Origin: Octopus vulgaris
Taxonomy: Eukaryota
Direction: 5' to 3'
Assembly (NCBI GenBank): GCA_951406725.2
Contig: OX597842.1
Location: 19,840,001 to 19,904,000, forward strand
DNA: 64,000 nt
Shown here: positions 1 to 12,165 of the stretch, in pieces
Layout of the letters: each line of letters begins with the position of its first letter
Position numbering within the stretch: the stretch's first letter is position 1
Notes under the pieces: model-generated
What the model was told of the DNA's origin: nothing
Seen by the model: only the letters and a program-made list of their open reading frames with translations
Databases searched by the model: none
Made by a program: the position numbers and the translations under genes

Positions 1-448
1 ATTCAAGCATCAGAAATCTGAATTAAATATTAACAGAGCAAACTTACACAGACTAGAAAGGCACAGAAAATCAAAGGGGAGAATGTATGGTGTTACAGCT
101 CCTTTCTTGGCAATCGGGGTTACTTCATTGTTGGTAGATGTACCATCCATACTCACAAATAGGTCTCACTTTTTTTCACCAAAAATTTAGATAAAAATCA
201 GGGGTACAAACTATCCAATAGATATCACAGGGATCTGAAGTGGTGCATCGGAGGTCCATGGCATACCCTGGACCTGGGCTTTTCAGTTTTAAAATTGTTA
301 TGGAAACTTTTCTGCAATGTTTACTAGAAAGCAGAAACTGGAAGTTTGGTATTTGGTATTTTTTGACATCCAGTCATCCCAATCTTTAGTTTAAAAATTT
401 TGATAATTGCAAACCCTACTTACAAAGTTATAGTAAGAGTTATCAATA

Positions 449-846
449 GGCGCAGAAGTGGCTGTGTGGTAAGTAGCTTGCTTACGAACCACATGGTTCC
501 GGGTTCAGTCTCACTGTGTGGCATGTTGGGCAAGTGTCTTCTACTATAGCCTTGGGCCGACCAAAGCCTTGTGAGTGGATTTGGTAGACAGAAACTGAAA
601 GAAGCCCGTCGTATATATGTATATATATATATGTGTGTTTGTGTGTCTGTTTGTCCTCCAAACATCGCTTGACAACTGATGCTGGTGTGTCTATGTCCCC
701 GTTACTTAGCAGTTCGGCAAAAGAGAACTGATAGAATAAGTACTAGGCTTACAAGGAATAAATCCTGGGGTCGATTTGATCGACAAAACGCGGTGCTCCT
801 GCATGGCCACAGTCAAATGACTGAAACAAGTAAAAAGAGAAAAAGA
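449..846 (+). mobile_element. tRNA-headed SINE, family 1 (dominant repeat of the window)
   Basis: GTGGCTGTGTGGTAAG...GGTTCCGGGTTCAGTC head with A/B-box-like motifs, internal (TA)/(TG) tract and GACTGAAACAAGTAAAAGAG tail. Further copies at ~5734-6130(+), 12475-12860(-), 19820-20200(-), 21803-22150(+), 42490-43118(-), 56567-56962(+) and 61712-62111(-). Confidence 0.85.
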
Positions 847-929
847 ATATAACCCCCACACACACACACCTTGGTATTGACCCCCTCATCCTTTGCCCTT
901 GTGGCAAATAAAAGAAACCCTTATTATAT

Positions 930-1460
930 ACAACTATCAGCTGAGTTCATTGTGAAGATGGCCCCTCTACTTTCCTTCAACCAGGAAGGGTAATCAGTTT
1001 TTATCTGCTCAGGGCCCATTGCAAAAGGGATCATACAGTGGACATGTCTGAAAGGGCTGAAGACCAGCAATTGCCATTTTGTCAAAACCCTAATAAACTT
1101 TGTCAGGTTTCACTTGAAGAGGAAAATCAGGGTGGAGAGGTAAGTGCTGGCTTCCAAGCAGTTTGTTGAAAGGTGGGTGAGAGAGGTGAGCATTACCTGA
1201 GTGAATGGGCCTTCTCTCAAAGTGTACCTGTATATTGGAGAGGAAAGACCGGGAGAGGGCATCCACCCTGGTGGTCAGGGAGACCTTGGATTTACTGGGC
1301 TTTCGTAACGCGTAGCCCTTGACAGTCCCCCCACTATCAGGTCTCTTACTTTGAATTTCTTTTATTCTTTGTATGACTTTTTACATGCTAAAACCCACAC
1401 TGTACCCTCCCGAATGTTTTCCTTTGTGTTAGCCCTCTGTGGTTAATAAAGAAATTATTA
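930..1460 (+). mobile_element. Decayed 3' end of an L1/Tx1-like non-LTR retrotransposon (copies at ~6215-6745 and ~57050-57580)
   Basis: Plus-strand translation AKGIIQWTCLKGLKT...NFVRFHLKRKIRVER*VLASKQFVERWV resembles L1/Tx1 ORF2 C-termini. It is followed by a T-rich UTR ending in AATAAA. Confidence 0.5.
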
Positions 1461-1475
1461 TAAATCATTTCTTAC

Positions 1476-1724
1476 TCTTTATCTCCAAATCAATTTTTCG
1501 AACGTTAAGGTTGTCATCATCAAATATCCAAGTCAAACATTTCTTAGTTACTTTTTTGATCCAAAGCGTGGAGGTATCTCCATCCTGTGTCACTTTATAG
1601 TCAGGGCCATCAGCGCATGTCTTGTCACATTCATATTTATAATTGCGGCACATCCAAACCACCGGTCGTTTCATATAAGGTATTGTTATCGTAAGGGTGA
1701 GACATCCATTGAGCACAGCAATTC
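1476..1724 (-). CDS. Gene A: Ig-like domain exon of the distal cassette (249 nt, phase 1-1)
   Basis: Acceptor tttcag|GA at 1724 and donor A|gtaag at 1476. Open frame (G)IAVLNGCLTLTITIPYMKRPVVWMCRNYKYECDKTC...STLWIKKVTKKCLTWIFDDDNLNVRKIDLEIK. Length and splice sites are the same in three copies. Confidence 0.85.
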
Positions 1725-2010
1725 CTGAAATAATGAAATCAGTTAAGAAGTTTGCTTCCAAATCATATGTTCCCGGGTTCAGTCCCACTACACTGCACCT
1801 TGGGAAAGTGTCTTCTACTACAGCCTGTGTGGATTTGCTAGATGGAAACTGAAAGAAGCCCATTGTATGTATCTGTGTGTGTGTGTATGTATATGTGTGT
1901 GTGTATATATGTATATACATACACACTTGTGTGTTTCAAAGCCTTGTGAGTGTATTTGATAGATGGAAACTGAAAGAAGCCCTTTGTTTATATATATGTA
2001 TATATATATG

Positions 2011-2619
2011 TAAATAGAAAATTATTATTTCTAAGTCACTGAATGAGAAACATTCAGTAACATTACTCGAGAGTAAGGATTATTTGCCAACATAATATGG
2101 CAGTCCTAGTTAGGATGATTGTTACTGTTATCTAGCCCTAGGAAACACTGCCTCCAGCTGGGTATATGACACATTATCTATGTCCTATGGGATGCTAAAC
2201 TTCCTTGTTTGAAAATATAAGGATGCAGCTAGTGTGTCATATAGCCAGTTGGAGACGATGTTTCCTAGGGCTAAGAACAGTAACAATCGTCCAGACCAGG
2301 ACTGCCACATTATGTTGGCAAATAATCTTTACCCTAGAGTACTGTTACTCAATGTCTTTTGTTCAGAGATTTAGAAATAATTTTCTATTTTTTAGATCAG
2401 TGACTGTGTGTCACTTTGGAAAGTATATATTTTGGACAAGAGTTTAGTGGAGTCATCTCTAGCCGAGCAGTTATTCTGTGCTGATGAAGGGAAATAACAC
2501 AGAGACCATTGGTATGCAGATAGTGTGCTGTATAACCAGCTGGAGATGATGTTTCCTGAGACTAAATAACAGTACCATTCGTCCTAACCAGGACTGCCAC
2601 ATTATGTTGGCAAATAATC

Positions 2620-2623
<4 letters not shown>
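2011..2623 (+). mobile_element. Penelope-like/non-autonomous element family A: inverted repeat, degenerate hammerhead motif, partial direct repeat (second copy ~7480-8093)
   Basis: Arm ~2011-2188 is the reverse complement of ~2217-2392, and part of that arm repeats directly at ~2535-2623. TCTGTG-CTGATGA...GAGA-CCATTGG-TA-TGCAGA lies at 2475-2520. Confidence 0.55.
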
Positions 2624-2657
<34 letters not shown>

Positions 2658-2761
2658 TATACACACAAAATAAGAAAATGGAGGAATAGATTCCTTTCAA
2701 TCATCAACTTCCAGATAATTCCAATTCATATAATTTATTAACTAATTATTTAGATTTAATA

Positions 2762-3976
2762 GGACAGGGCTGTATACTTTCTCCCGTTTTATTTCTATTA
2801 TTCATAGATTGGATCATGAAGGAAACTACGATTGAAAGCCAAACAAGCATTGAATGGACGGATGTGGAAGCTGTAGAAGATCTCGACTTTGCAGATGATA
2901 TAGCGCTGCTTTCGCAAACATAGCCAAATGCAAAATAAAATGTCAAAATTAGAAGCAATAGCTGCCAAACTAGGATTGAAAGTCAACCTCAAATCAAAAA
3001 TTATGCACGTTTATGAAGTAAACTTTGAATGTATTCAACTAGAAACTGGTGAACTAGAGGATGTAGCCGAGTTTATGTATTCAGGTAGTAAGATAACGTT
3101 TTCAGGTGGCACCGACGAAGATATTAAGGTGAGAATAAGTAAGGCAAGGACCGTTTTTCACCTGTTAAAGAAGGTATGGAGTGCAAGTGTAATTTCAATA
3201 AAGAACAAAATAACCTCTCGAAAGAGCTGTTCTTCACTCCTGCTCCAGAGCGTCGGCTGCGGGGTCACTCCGAAAAGCTCTATCTGTGACGATTTCATCT
3301 CAATCGAAGGAGAGGGGCCTTCTCTGTCCGGGTTGCGGTTCCGTGGAATGAGCTGCCGGACGAGATAGTGAAGATGCCGACGACCGCTCGATTCAAAGTC
3401 TCCCTTGACCACAAATGGCCTGAACTCTTTGCATGAACACCACCCTGTACATAACTCCATGTTCCCCTACATGGCCTTTTGCTGTTTGCTTTTTGAGCCC
3501 AAAAATTAACTTAACTTAAGTTAAGAATTTTTAACACTAACGTAAAAGTGGTGTTATTGTATGGGGCTGAGACATGGCAAACAACAGTCAAGTCAAATAA
3601 GCAAATACAATCATTCATCAACAGATGCTTGCGTAGTATACTTAAAATTAGATGGCCCCAACACATACGCAATATGGAGCTATGGCAATGAACAAATCAA
3701 GTTTTGATTAGGGAGCAAATATTTAAGAAAAGGAGGAAGTGGATTGGTAGCACAATTAGAAAAGACACACTAAATGTAGTGAAAAGTGCTTTAAAGTGGA
3801 AACCGGTTGGATATAGAAAGAAAGGTAGGCCTAAGAACTCGTGGCATAGATCAACACAAAAGGAACTAGAGAAAGGAGGACATTCATGGCAGAGTATAAG
3901 TACAGAGGCGAAATATTATGCAACATGGAATTCAATTATGAGTGGCCTATACTCCACGTTGGAGGGTCAAATGTAG
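2762..3976 (+). mobile_element. 5'-truncated, disrupted RTE-clade LINE (reverse transcriptase 3' half)
   Basis: QGCILSP, DLDFADDIALLS, LRIFNTNVKVVLLYGAETW and RWKWIG-like..ALKWKPVGYRKKGRPKNSW motifs. Contains stops and an internal insertion. Confidence 0.85.
3209..3518 (+). mobile_element. CR1/L2-like LINE 3' fragment nested in the RTE (copies ~9584-9897 and ~58820-59129)
   Basis: RLRGHSEKL...RR.AFSVR....WN.LPDEIVKMPTTARFKVSLD is a typical CR1/L2 ORF2 C-terminus. It has a short (TTAAC)n tail, and the RTE frame resumes after it. Confidence 0.7.
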
Positions 3977-3995
3977 GAAACAAGAATATATTTAC

Positions 3996-4034
3996 CACTT
4001 TGGGTGATCTTGTAAATGTTTGCACTTGAGAAAC
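3996..4034 (-). CDS. Gene A: 39-nt exon of the distal cassette (phase 1-1; xFSSANIYKITQS-G)
   Basis: ttttcatcttttacag|GTTTCTCAAG...CAAAGTG|gtaaat; joins in frame to the Ig-like exon at 1724. Confidence 0.8.
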
Positions 4035-6760
4035 CTGTAAAAGATGAAAACAAAAATTTTTGATTTTAAGATGAAATAATTCAAAACAATGTGAATAAAT
4101 GAACACTATATTTCACAGTAATTTGATTGCTAAATGATTAAACCAGCAATATCCGTTTTATGTTCTAAGTGGCCGGGTCCAGCCCCTCACACCTACCCTA
4201 CAATGTCAGTCTAAAAATAAACAATCACATCAGCAAAATGTCAAAACTACAAAATAAAGAATGATTAATTCAAAAACCAAGACTAAATGAGCACTACATT
4301 AAACGAAATAAACTGATTGCTAACGAGTTAAAGTAGCCATACCTGGCACAAAGATTCTACCTGTTTCGTGTTTAAAATGGTAATGGGTCAGCCTTTTACA
4401 CCTGTCTTACAATGTCATTCTAAAAATGAACGGACAAGGACTGCTATGCAAAGAAGTGCTGATCTCTAACTGTGGAGGCAATCTGTGGAAGAGGTGGACC
4501 CTGGAAGGTGCAGGACAAAACGGTGGAACATGAGGGCTTTGGATGTTGAGGCTGACATGTATTGATAAGTGACTGTGATTTCTGGGGATTTGCTCTTCTA
4601 CAGAAGATATGTCAAGCTAATGGAAATCAAGGATGTGGCCAGTATCGGTAATTAGTAAAAGGCACCTGTGCCAGTGACGTGTAATTTATAAATCTTTCCT
4701 CAAAACTTTATTGAGAATTTTCAAAATGTGCTCCATCGGCACAATGGAAATTTCAAATGTATCTGTAGACTTGTGAAACACATTTGGAAGTATTTGAGGA
4801 GTTTATCTTCTGCACTGCTAACTGAATGCATTCTTTAAGTTCAGCTAAAAGATTGCTCCATCTGGGGCATTGTGGTAAAGAAATTAATTGCAATCGTATT
4901 GAAAAAAGCTGTCATGGACAGATAAGGAATGAAAATAAAATTATAAACAAAATTAAAAATTTAATCACTTAACATATATTAAATATGTGAAGCAGAAACA
5001 AAAAGGACCTTTAAAAAAAAGGGTCCAATTTCACTGAAATAGATAATTAATTCTGGGACAGTCTGTATTGAAAACACTTAGCCCTACTCAAATGACCCTA
5101 CACTCTGAAATCTTTACCAAGAACAAAGTCCATGGGGTAAAGAGTGGCTATAAGGGGAATCCAGGTGGGCAGATATGGAGATAACGATGTAAATAAACAA
5201 ATAAAACTGAGTGGGTTAGATATACATCCATGCGTACACGTTAATAGAGAGGAAGCAAAGACTGAAAAATTTCAGACGGAGAATATTCAAGCATCAGAAA
5301 TCTGAATTAAATATTAACAGAGCAAACTTACACAGACTAGAAAGGCACAGAAAATCAAAGGGAAGAATGTATGGTGTTACAGCTCCTTTCTTGGCAATCG
5401 GGGTTACTTCATCTTTGGTAGATGTACCATCCATACTCACAAATAGGTCTCGCTTTTTTTCACCAACATTTTAGATAAAAATCAGGGGCACAACCTATCC
5501 AATAGATATTACAGGGATCTGAAGTGGTGTATCGGTAGTCCATGGCATACCCTGGACCTGGGCTTTTCAGTTTTAAAATTGTTATGGAAACTTTTCTGCA
5601 ATGTTTACTAGAAAGCAGAAACTGGAAGTTTGGTATTTGGTATTTTTTTGACATCCAGTCACCCCAATCTTTAGTTTAAAAATTTTGATAATTGCAAACC
5701 CTACTTACAAAGTTATAGTAAGAGTTATCAATAGGCGCAGAAGTGGCTGTGTGGTAAGTAGCTTGCTTACGAACCACATGGTTCCGGGTTCAGTCTCACT
5801 GTGTGGCATGTTGGGCAAGTGTCTTTTACTAAAGCCTCGGGCCGACCAAAGCCTTGTGAGTGGATTTGGTAGACAGAAACTGAAAGAAGCCCGTCGTATA
5901 TATGTATATATATATATGTGTGTTTGTGTGTCTGTTTGTCCTCCAAACATCGCTTGACAACTGATGCTGGTGTGTCTATGTCCCCATTACTTAGCAGTTC
6001 GGCAAAGGAGAACTGATAGAATAAGTACTAGGCTTACAAGGAATAAATCCTGGGGTCGATTTGATCGACAAAACGCGGTGCTCCTGCATGGCCACAGTCA
6101 AATGACTGAAACAAGTAAAAAGAGAAAAAGATTATAACCCCCACACACACACACCTTCGTATTGACCCCCTCATCCTTTGCCCTTGTGGCAAATAAAAGA
6201 AACCCTTATTATATACAACTATCAGCTGAGTCCATTGTGAAGATGGCCCCTCTACTTTCCTTCAACCAGGAAGGGTAATCAGTTTTTATCTGCTCGGGGC
6301 CCATTGCAAAAGGGATCATACAGTGGACATGTCTGAAAGGGCTGAAGACCAGCAATTGCCATTTTGTCAAAACCCTAATAAACTTTGTCAGGTTTCACTT
6401 GAAGAGGAAAATCAGGGTGGAGAGGTAAGTGCTGGCTTCCAAGCAGTTTGTTGAAAGGTGGGTGAGAGAGGTGAGCATTACCTGAGTGAATGGGCCTTCT
6501 CTCAGAGTGTACCTGTATATTGGAGAGGAAAGACCGGGAGAGGGCATCCACCCTGGTGGTCAGGGAGACCTTGGATTTACTGGGCTTTCGTAACGCGTAG
6601 CCCTTGACAGTCCCCCCACTATCAGGGATCTTACTTTGAATTTCTTTTATTCTTTGTATGACTTTTTACATGCTAAAACCCACACTGTACCCTCCCGAAT
6701 GTTTTCCTTTGTGTTAGCCCTCTGTGGTTAATAAAGAAATTATTATAAATCATTTCTTAC

Positions 6761-7009
6761 TCTTTATCTCCAAATCAATTTTTCGAACGTTAAGGTTGTC
6801 ATCTGCAAATATCCAAGTCAAACATTTCTTAGTTACTTTTTTGATCCAAAGCGTGGAGGTATCGCCATCCTGTGTCACTTTATAGTCAGGGCCATCAGCG
6901 CATGTCCTGTCACATTCATATTTATAATTGCTGCACATCCAAACCACCGGTCGTTCCATATAAGGTATTGTTATCGAAAGGGTGAGACTTCCATTGAGCA
7001 CAGCAGGTC
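6761..7009 (-). CDS. Gene A: Ig-like domain exon of the proximal cassette (249 nt, phase 1-1)
   Basis: tttcag|GA acceptor and A|gtaag donor. Translates (G)PAVLNGSLTLSITIPYMERPVVWMCSNYKYECDRTC...DLEIK. Confidence 0.85.
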
Positions 7010-8120
7010 CTGAAATAAAGAAATCAGTTAAGAAGTTTGCTTCCAAATCATACGATCCCGGGTTCAGTCCCACTACACTGCACCTTGAGAAAGTGTCTTC
7101 TACTACAGCCTGTGTGGATTTGGTAGATGGAAACTGAAAGAAGCCCATTGTATGTTTGTGTGTGTGTGTGTATGTATATGTGTGTGCATATATGTATATA
7201 CATACACATTTGTGTGTTTCAAAGCCTTGTTAGTGGATTTGATAGATGGAAACTGAGCGAAGCCCATTGTTTATATATATATATATATATAGGTTCATGA
7301 GTGGCTGTGTGGTGTGTAGCTTGTTTACCAACCACATTGTTCTGGGTTCAGTTCCACTGCATGACACCTTGGGCAAGTGTCTTCCACCATAGCCTCAGGC
7401 CAACCAAAGCCTTGTGAGTGTATTTGATAGATGGAAACTGAAAGAAGCCCATTGTTTATATAAATGTATATATATATGTAATTAGGAAGTTATTATTTCT
7501 AAGTCACTGAATGAGAAACATTCAGTAACATTACTCGAGAGTAAGGATTATTTGCCAGCATAATATGGCATTCCTAGTTAGGATGATCGTTACTGTTATC
7601 TAGCCCTAGGAAACACTGCCTCCAGCTGGGTATATGACACATTATCTATGTCCTATGGGATGCTAAACTCCCTTGTTTGAAAATATAAGGATGCAGCTAG
7701 TGCGTCATATAGTCAGCTGGAGACAATGTTTCCTAGGGCTAAGGAACAGTAACAATCGTCCTAACCAGGACTGCCACATTATGTTGGCAAATAATCTCTA
7801 CCCTAGAGTACTGTTACTCAATGTCTTTTGTTCAGAGATTTAGAAATAATTTTCTATTTGTTAGATCAGTGACTGTGTGTCACTTTGAAAAGTATATATT
7901 TTGGACAAGAGTTTAGTGGAATCACATCTAGCTGAGCAGTTATTCTGTGCTGATGAAGGGAAATAACCCAGAGACCATTGGTATGCAGATAGTGTGCTGT
8001 ATCACCAGCTGGAGATGATGTTTCCTGAGACTAAATAACAGTAACAATCGTCCTAACCAGGACTGCCACATTATGTTGGCAAATAATCTTTACTTCATAT
8101 ATATATATATATATATATAT

Positions 8121-8654
8121 AATAGAAACATTAAAATTTCTTAGTCTCTCTAAAGGAGACTATGGCAGCGGTACTGGATATTAATAGTTATTGCCAAGCT
8201 AATGTGGTAGTCCATAAATATAAGTCTAAAGCTGCTGTTGATTAGCTCCAAGAACCTGTATGGACTACCATATTAGCTTGGCGATAACAATTAATATCCA
8301 GTACCGCTGCCGTAGTCTCCTTTAGAGAGACTCAGAAATTTTGATATTTCTATTTTTGAAAACCAATAGATGTATTCCACTGAAATTAGGTAAATAATCT
8401 TTCGAAAAGATGATTTGTAGCGACACCTGCTGGGTCTGGCTATTCTGCATTGATAAAGAGTAACTACCCTGAAACATGTCTGCAGATGTCTGACCAGCAA
8501 GGGGAAGCAGCTGACCTTCCCTGTTCGAAGGTTATAATGGACACAGGTTCGTGTGTCATATAGCTAGCTTGAGGCAATGGCCTCTTGGAGCTAATCAACG
8601 GCAGCTTTAGTCTTATATTTATGGACTACCAAATTAGCTTGGCGATAACTATTA

Positions 8655-8657
<3 letters not shown>
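8121..8657 (+). mobile_element. Penelope-like/non-autonomous element family B: inverted repeat, degenerate hammerhead motif, direct repeat (fragment also ~58040-58270)
   Basis: ~8121-8215 is inverted relative to ~8258-8356. Hammerhead-like TCTGCA-TTGATAA-AGAGT(AACT)ACCCT-GAAA-CATG-TC-TGCAGA lies at 8444-8486. The arm is repeated at ~8585-8657. Confidence 0.55.
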
Positions 8658-8687
<30 letters not shown>

Positions 8688-8688
<1 letters not shown>

Positions 8689-8900
8689 CGTCTGCCAGCC
8701 TCGTCTGGCACCTGTGTCGGTGGCACATAAAATCACCCACTACATTCTCGGAGTGGTTGGCATTAGGAAGGGCATCCAGCTGTAGAAACACTGCCAGATC
8801 TGACTGGCCTGGTGCAGCCTTCGGGCTTGCCAGACCCCAGTTGAACCGTCCAACCCATGCTAGCATGGAAAGCAGACGTTAAACGATGATGATGATGATG
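8688..8900 (+). mobile_element. SINE-like repeat with (GAT)n tail
   Basis: GGAGTGGTTGGCATTAGGAAGGGCATCCAGC...CATGCTAGCATGGAAAGCAGACGTTAAACGATGATG. Related copies at ~44990-45195(+), 49149-49387(-), 52180-52550(-) and 54912 onward (-). Confidence 0.7.
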
Positions 8901-9134
8901 ATATATATATATAGACACACATATATATATATATATACACACATATATATAAATATATATATATATACTATATATATATATATATATATATATAAATACA
9001 TATATATATATATATATAAATATATATATATATAAACACACAAAATAAGAAAATGGAGGAATAGATTTATTTCAATCATCGACTTCCAGATAATACCAAT
9101 TCATATAATTTATTAACTAATTATTTAGATTAAA

Positions 9135-10353
9135 TAGGACAGGGCTGTATACTTTCTCCCTTTTTATTTCTATTAGTCATAGATTGGATCATGAAGGAAA
9201 CTACGATTGAAAGCCAAACAAGCATTGAATGGACGGATGTGGAAGCTGTAGAAGATCTCGACTTTGCAGATGATATAGCGCTACTTTCACAAACGTAACT
9301 AAATGCAAAATAAAATGTCAAAATTAGAAGCAATAGCTGCCAAACTAGGATTGAAAGTCAACCTCTAATCAATAATTATGCACGTTAATGAAGTAAACAT
9401 TGAATGTATTAAACTAGAAACTGGTGAACTAGAGGATGTAGCCGAGTTTATGTATTTATGTAGTAAGATAACGTTTTCAGGTGGCACCGACGAAGATATT
9501 AAGGTGAGAATAAGTAAGGCAAGGACCGTTTTTCACCTGTTAAAGAAAGTATGGAGCGCAAGTGTAATTTCAATAAACAACAAAATAACCTCTCGAAAGA
9601 GCTGTTCTTCACTCCTGCTCCAGAGCGTCGGCTGCGGGGTCACTTCGAAAAGCTCTATCTGTGACGATTTCGTCTCAATCGAAGGAGAGTGGCCTTCTCC
9701 GTCCGATTTGCAGATCCGTGGAATAAGCTGCCGTACGAGATAGTGAAGATGCTGACAACTGCTCGATTCAAAGTCTCCCTTGACCACAAATGGCCTGAAC
9801 TCTTTGCATGAACACCACCCTGTACATAACTCCGTGTCCCCCTACATGGCCTTGCTTTTTTGCTTTTTGAGCCCAAAAATTATCTTAACTTAACCTAAGT
9901 TAAGAATTTTTAACACAAACGTAAAAGCGGTGTTATTGTATGGGGCTGAGACATGGCAAACAACAGTCAAGTCAAATAAGCAAATACAACCATTCATCAA
10001 CAGATGCTTGCGTAGTATACTTAAAATTAGATGGCCCGAACACATAAGCAATATGGAACTATGGTAAAGAACAAATCAAGTTTCGATTAGGGAGCAAATA
10101 TTTAAGAAAAAGTGGAAGTGGATTGGTAGCACAATTAGAAAAGACACGCCAAATGTAGCAAAAAGTGTTTAAAGTGGAAACCGGTTGGATGTAAAAAGAA
10201 AGGTAGGCCTAAGAACTCGTGGCATAGATCAACACAAAAGGAACTAGAGAAAGGGGGACATTCATGGCAGAGTATAAGTACAGAAGCAAAAAATTATGCA
10301 ACATGGAATTCAATTATGAGTGGCCTATACTCCATGTTGGAGGGTCAAATGTA
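9135..10353 (+). mobile_element. Disrupted RTE LINE fragment (copy in tandem unit 2)
   Basis: Colinear with 2762-3976, including the nested CR1-like insert, with extra stops and frameshifts. Confidence 0.85.
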
Positions 10354-10373
10354 GGAAACAAGAATATATTTAC

Positions 10374-10412
10374 CACTTTGGGTGATATTATAATTTTGTG
10401 CCCTTGACAAAC
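10374..10412 (-). CDS. Gene A: 39-nt exon of the proximal cassette (CLSRAQNYNITQS-G)
   Basis: cttttacag|GTTTGTCAAGG...CAAAGTG|gtaaat; completes the signal peptide and starts the mature domain. Confidence 0.8.
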
Positions 10413-12119
10413 CTGTAAAAGATGAAAACAAAAATTTTGATTTTAAGATGAAATAATTCAAAACAATGTGAATAAATGAACATTACATTTCACAGTAATT
10501 TGATTGCTAAATGATTAAAGCAGCCATATCTGTTTTATGTTCTAAGTGGCCGGGTCCAGCCCCTCACACCTACCCTACAATGTCAGTCTAAAAATAAACA
10601 ATCACATCAGCAAAATGTCAAAACTACAAGATAATGAATGATTAATTCAAAAACCAAGACTAAATCAGCATTACATTAAACGAAATAAACTGATTGCTAA
10701 CGAGTTAAAGTAGCCATACCTGGCACAAAGATTCTACCTGTTTCGTGTTTAAACTGGTAATGGGTCAGCCTTTTACACCTGTCTTACAATGTCATTCTGA
10801 AAATGAACAGACAAGGACTGCTATGTAAAGAAGTGCTGATCTCTAACTGCGGAGGCAATCTGTGGAAGAGGTGGACCCTGGAAGGTGCAGGACAAAACGG
10901 TGGAACATGAGGGCTTTGGATGTTGAGGCTGACATGTATTGATAAGTAACTGCGATTCCTGGGGATTTGCTCTTCTTCAGAAGATATGTCAAGCTAATGG
11001 AAATCAAGGATGTGGCCAGTATCGGTAATTAGTAAAAGGCACTGTGCCAGTGACGTGTAATTTATAAATCTTTCATCAAAACTTTATTGAGAATTTTCAA
11101 AATGTGCTCCATCGGCCCCCCTGGAAATTTCAAATGTATCTGTAGACTTGTGAAACACATTTGGAAGTATTTGAGGAGTTTATCTTCTGCACTGCTAACT
11201 GAATGCATTCTTTAAGTTCAACTAAAAGATTGTTCCATCTGGGGCATTGTGGTAAAGTAATTAATTGCAATCGTATTGAAAAAAGCTGTCATGGACAGAT
11301 AAGGAATGAAAATAATATTATAAACAAAATTAAAAATTTAATCAATTAACATATATTAAATATGTGAAGCAGAAACAAAAAGGACCTTTAAAAAAAAAGG
11401 TCCAATTTCACTGAAATAGATAATTAATTCTGGGACAGTCTGTATTGAAAACACTTAGCCCTACTCAAATGACCTTACACTCTGAAATCTTTACCAAGAA
11501 CAAAGTCCATGGGGTAAAGAGTGGCTATAAGGGGAATCCAGGTGGGCAGATATGGAGATAACGATGTAAATAAACAAATAAAACTGAGTGGGTTAGATAT
11601 ACATCCATGCGTACACGTTAATAGAGAGGAAGCAAAGACTGAAAAATTTCAGACGGAGAATATTCAAGCATCAGAAATCTGAATTAAATATTAACAGAGC
11701 AAACTTACACAGACTAGAAAGGTACAGAAAATCAAAGGGGAGAATGTATGGTGTTACAGCTCCTTTCTTGGCGATCGGGGTTACTTCATTGTTGGTAGTT
11801 GTACCATCCATACTCACAAATAGGTCTCACTTTTTTTTCACCAAAAATTTAGATAAAAATCAAGGGTACAACCTATCCAATAGATATCACAGGGATCTGA
11901 AGTGGTGTATCGGTAGTCCATGGCACCTGGGCTTTTCAGTTTTAAATTTGTTATGGAAACTTTTCTGCAATGTTTACTAGAAAGCAGAAACTGGAAGTTT
12001 GGTATTTGGTACTTTTTTGACATCCAGTCACCCCAATATTTAGTTTAAAAATTTTAATAATTGCAAACCCTACTTACAAGTTATGGAAAAAAATTAAATA
12101 AAATATAAATAAAACTTAC

Positions 12120-12165
12120 AGACAAATGTTACAAACAAACAGCAGAACAAGATCCATTTAGCCAT
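12120..12165 (-). CDS. Gene A: start/signal-peptide exon MAKWILFCCLFVTFV (+1 nt)
   Basis: ttattttttcag|atcATGGCT...TTTGTCT|gtaagt; hydrophobic core and a phase-1 donor compatible with the 39-nt exons. Confidence 0.82.

Larger units (their letters stand above)
1..12085. repeat. Tandem segmental array of 5.3-6.4 kb units, each carrying a 39-nt exon and a 249-nt Ig-like exon
   Basis: ATTCAAGCATCAGAAATCTG recurs at 1, 5285 and 11662 (periods 5284 and 6377). The same novel junction CTACTTACAAAGTTATAGTAAGAG occurs at ~416 and ~5701, whereas the ancestral sequence continues into the signal exon at ~12070. Confidence 0.92.

Noticed and set aside
1725-1926. N-terminal part of ORFs 1465-1926, 6750-7148 and 57508-57993 (MGFFQFPS...)
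   Set aside because: Translation of an antisense SINE fragment and microsatellite upstream of the splice acceptor; only the 249-nt exon is coding.
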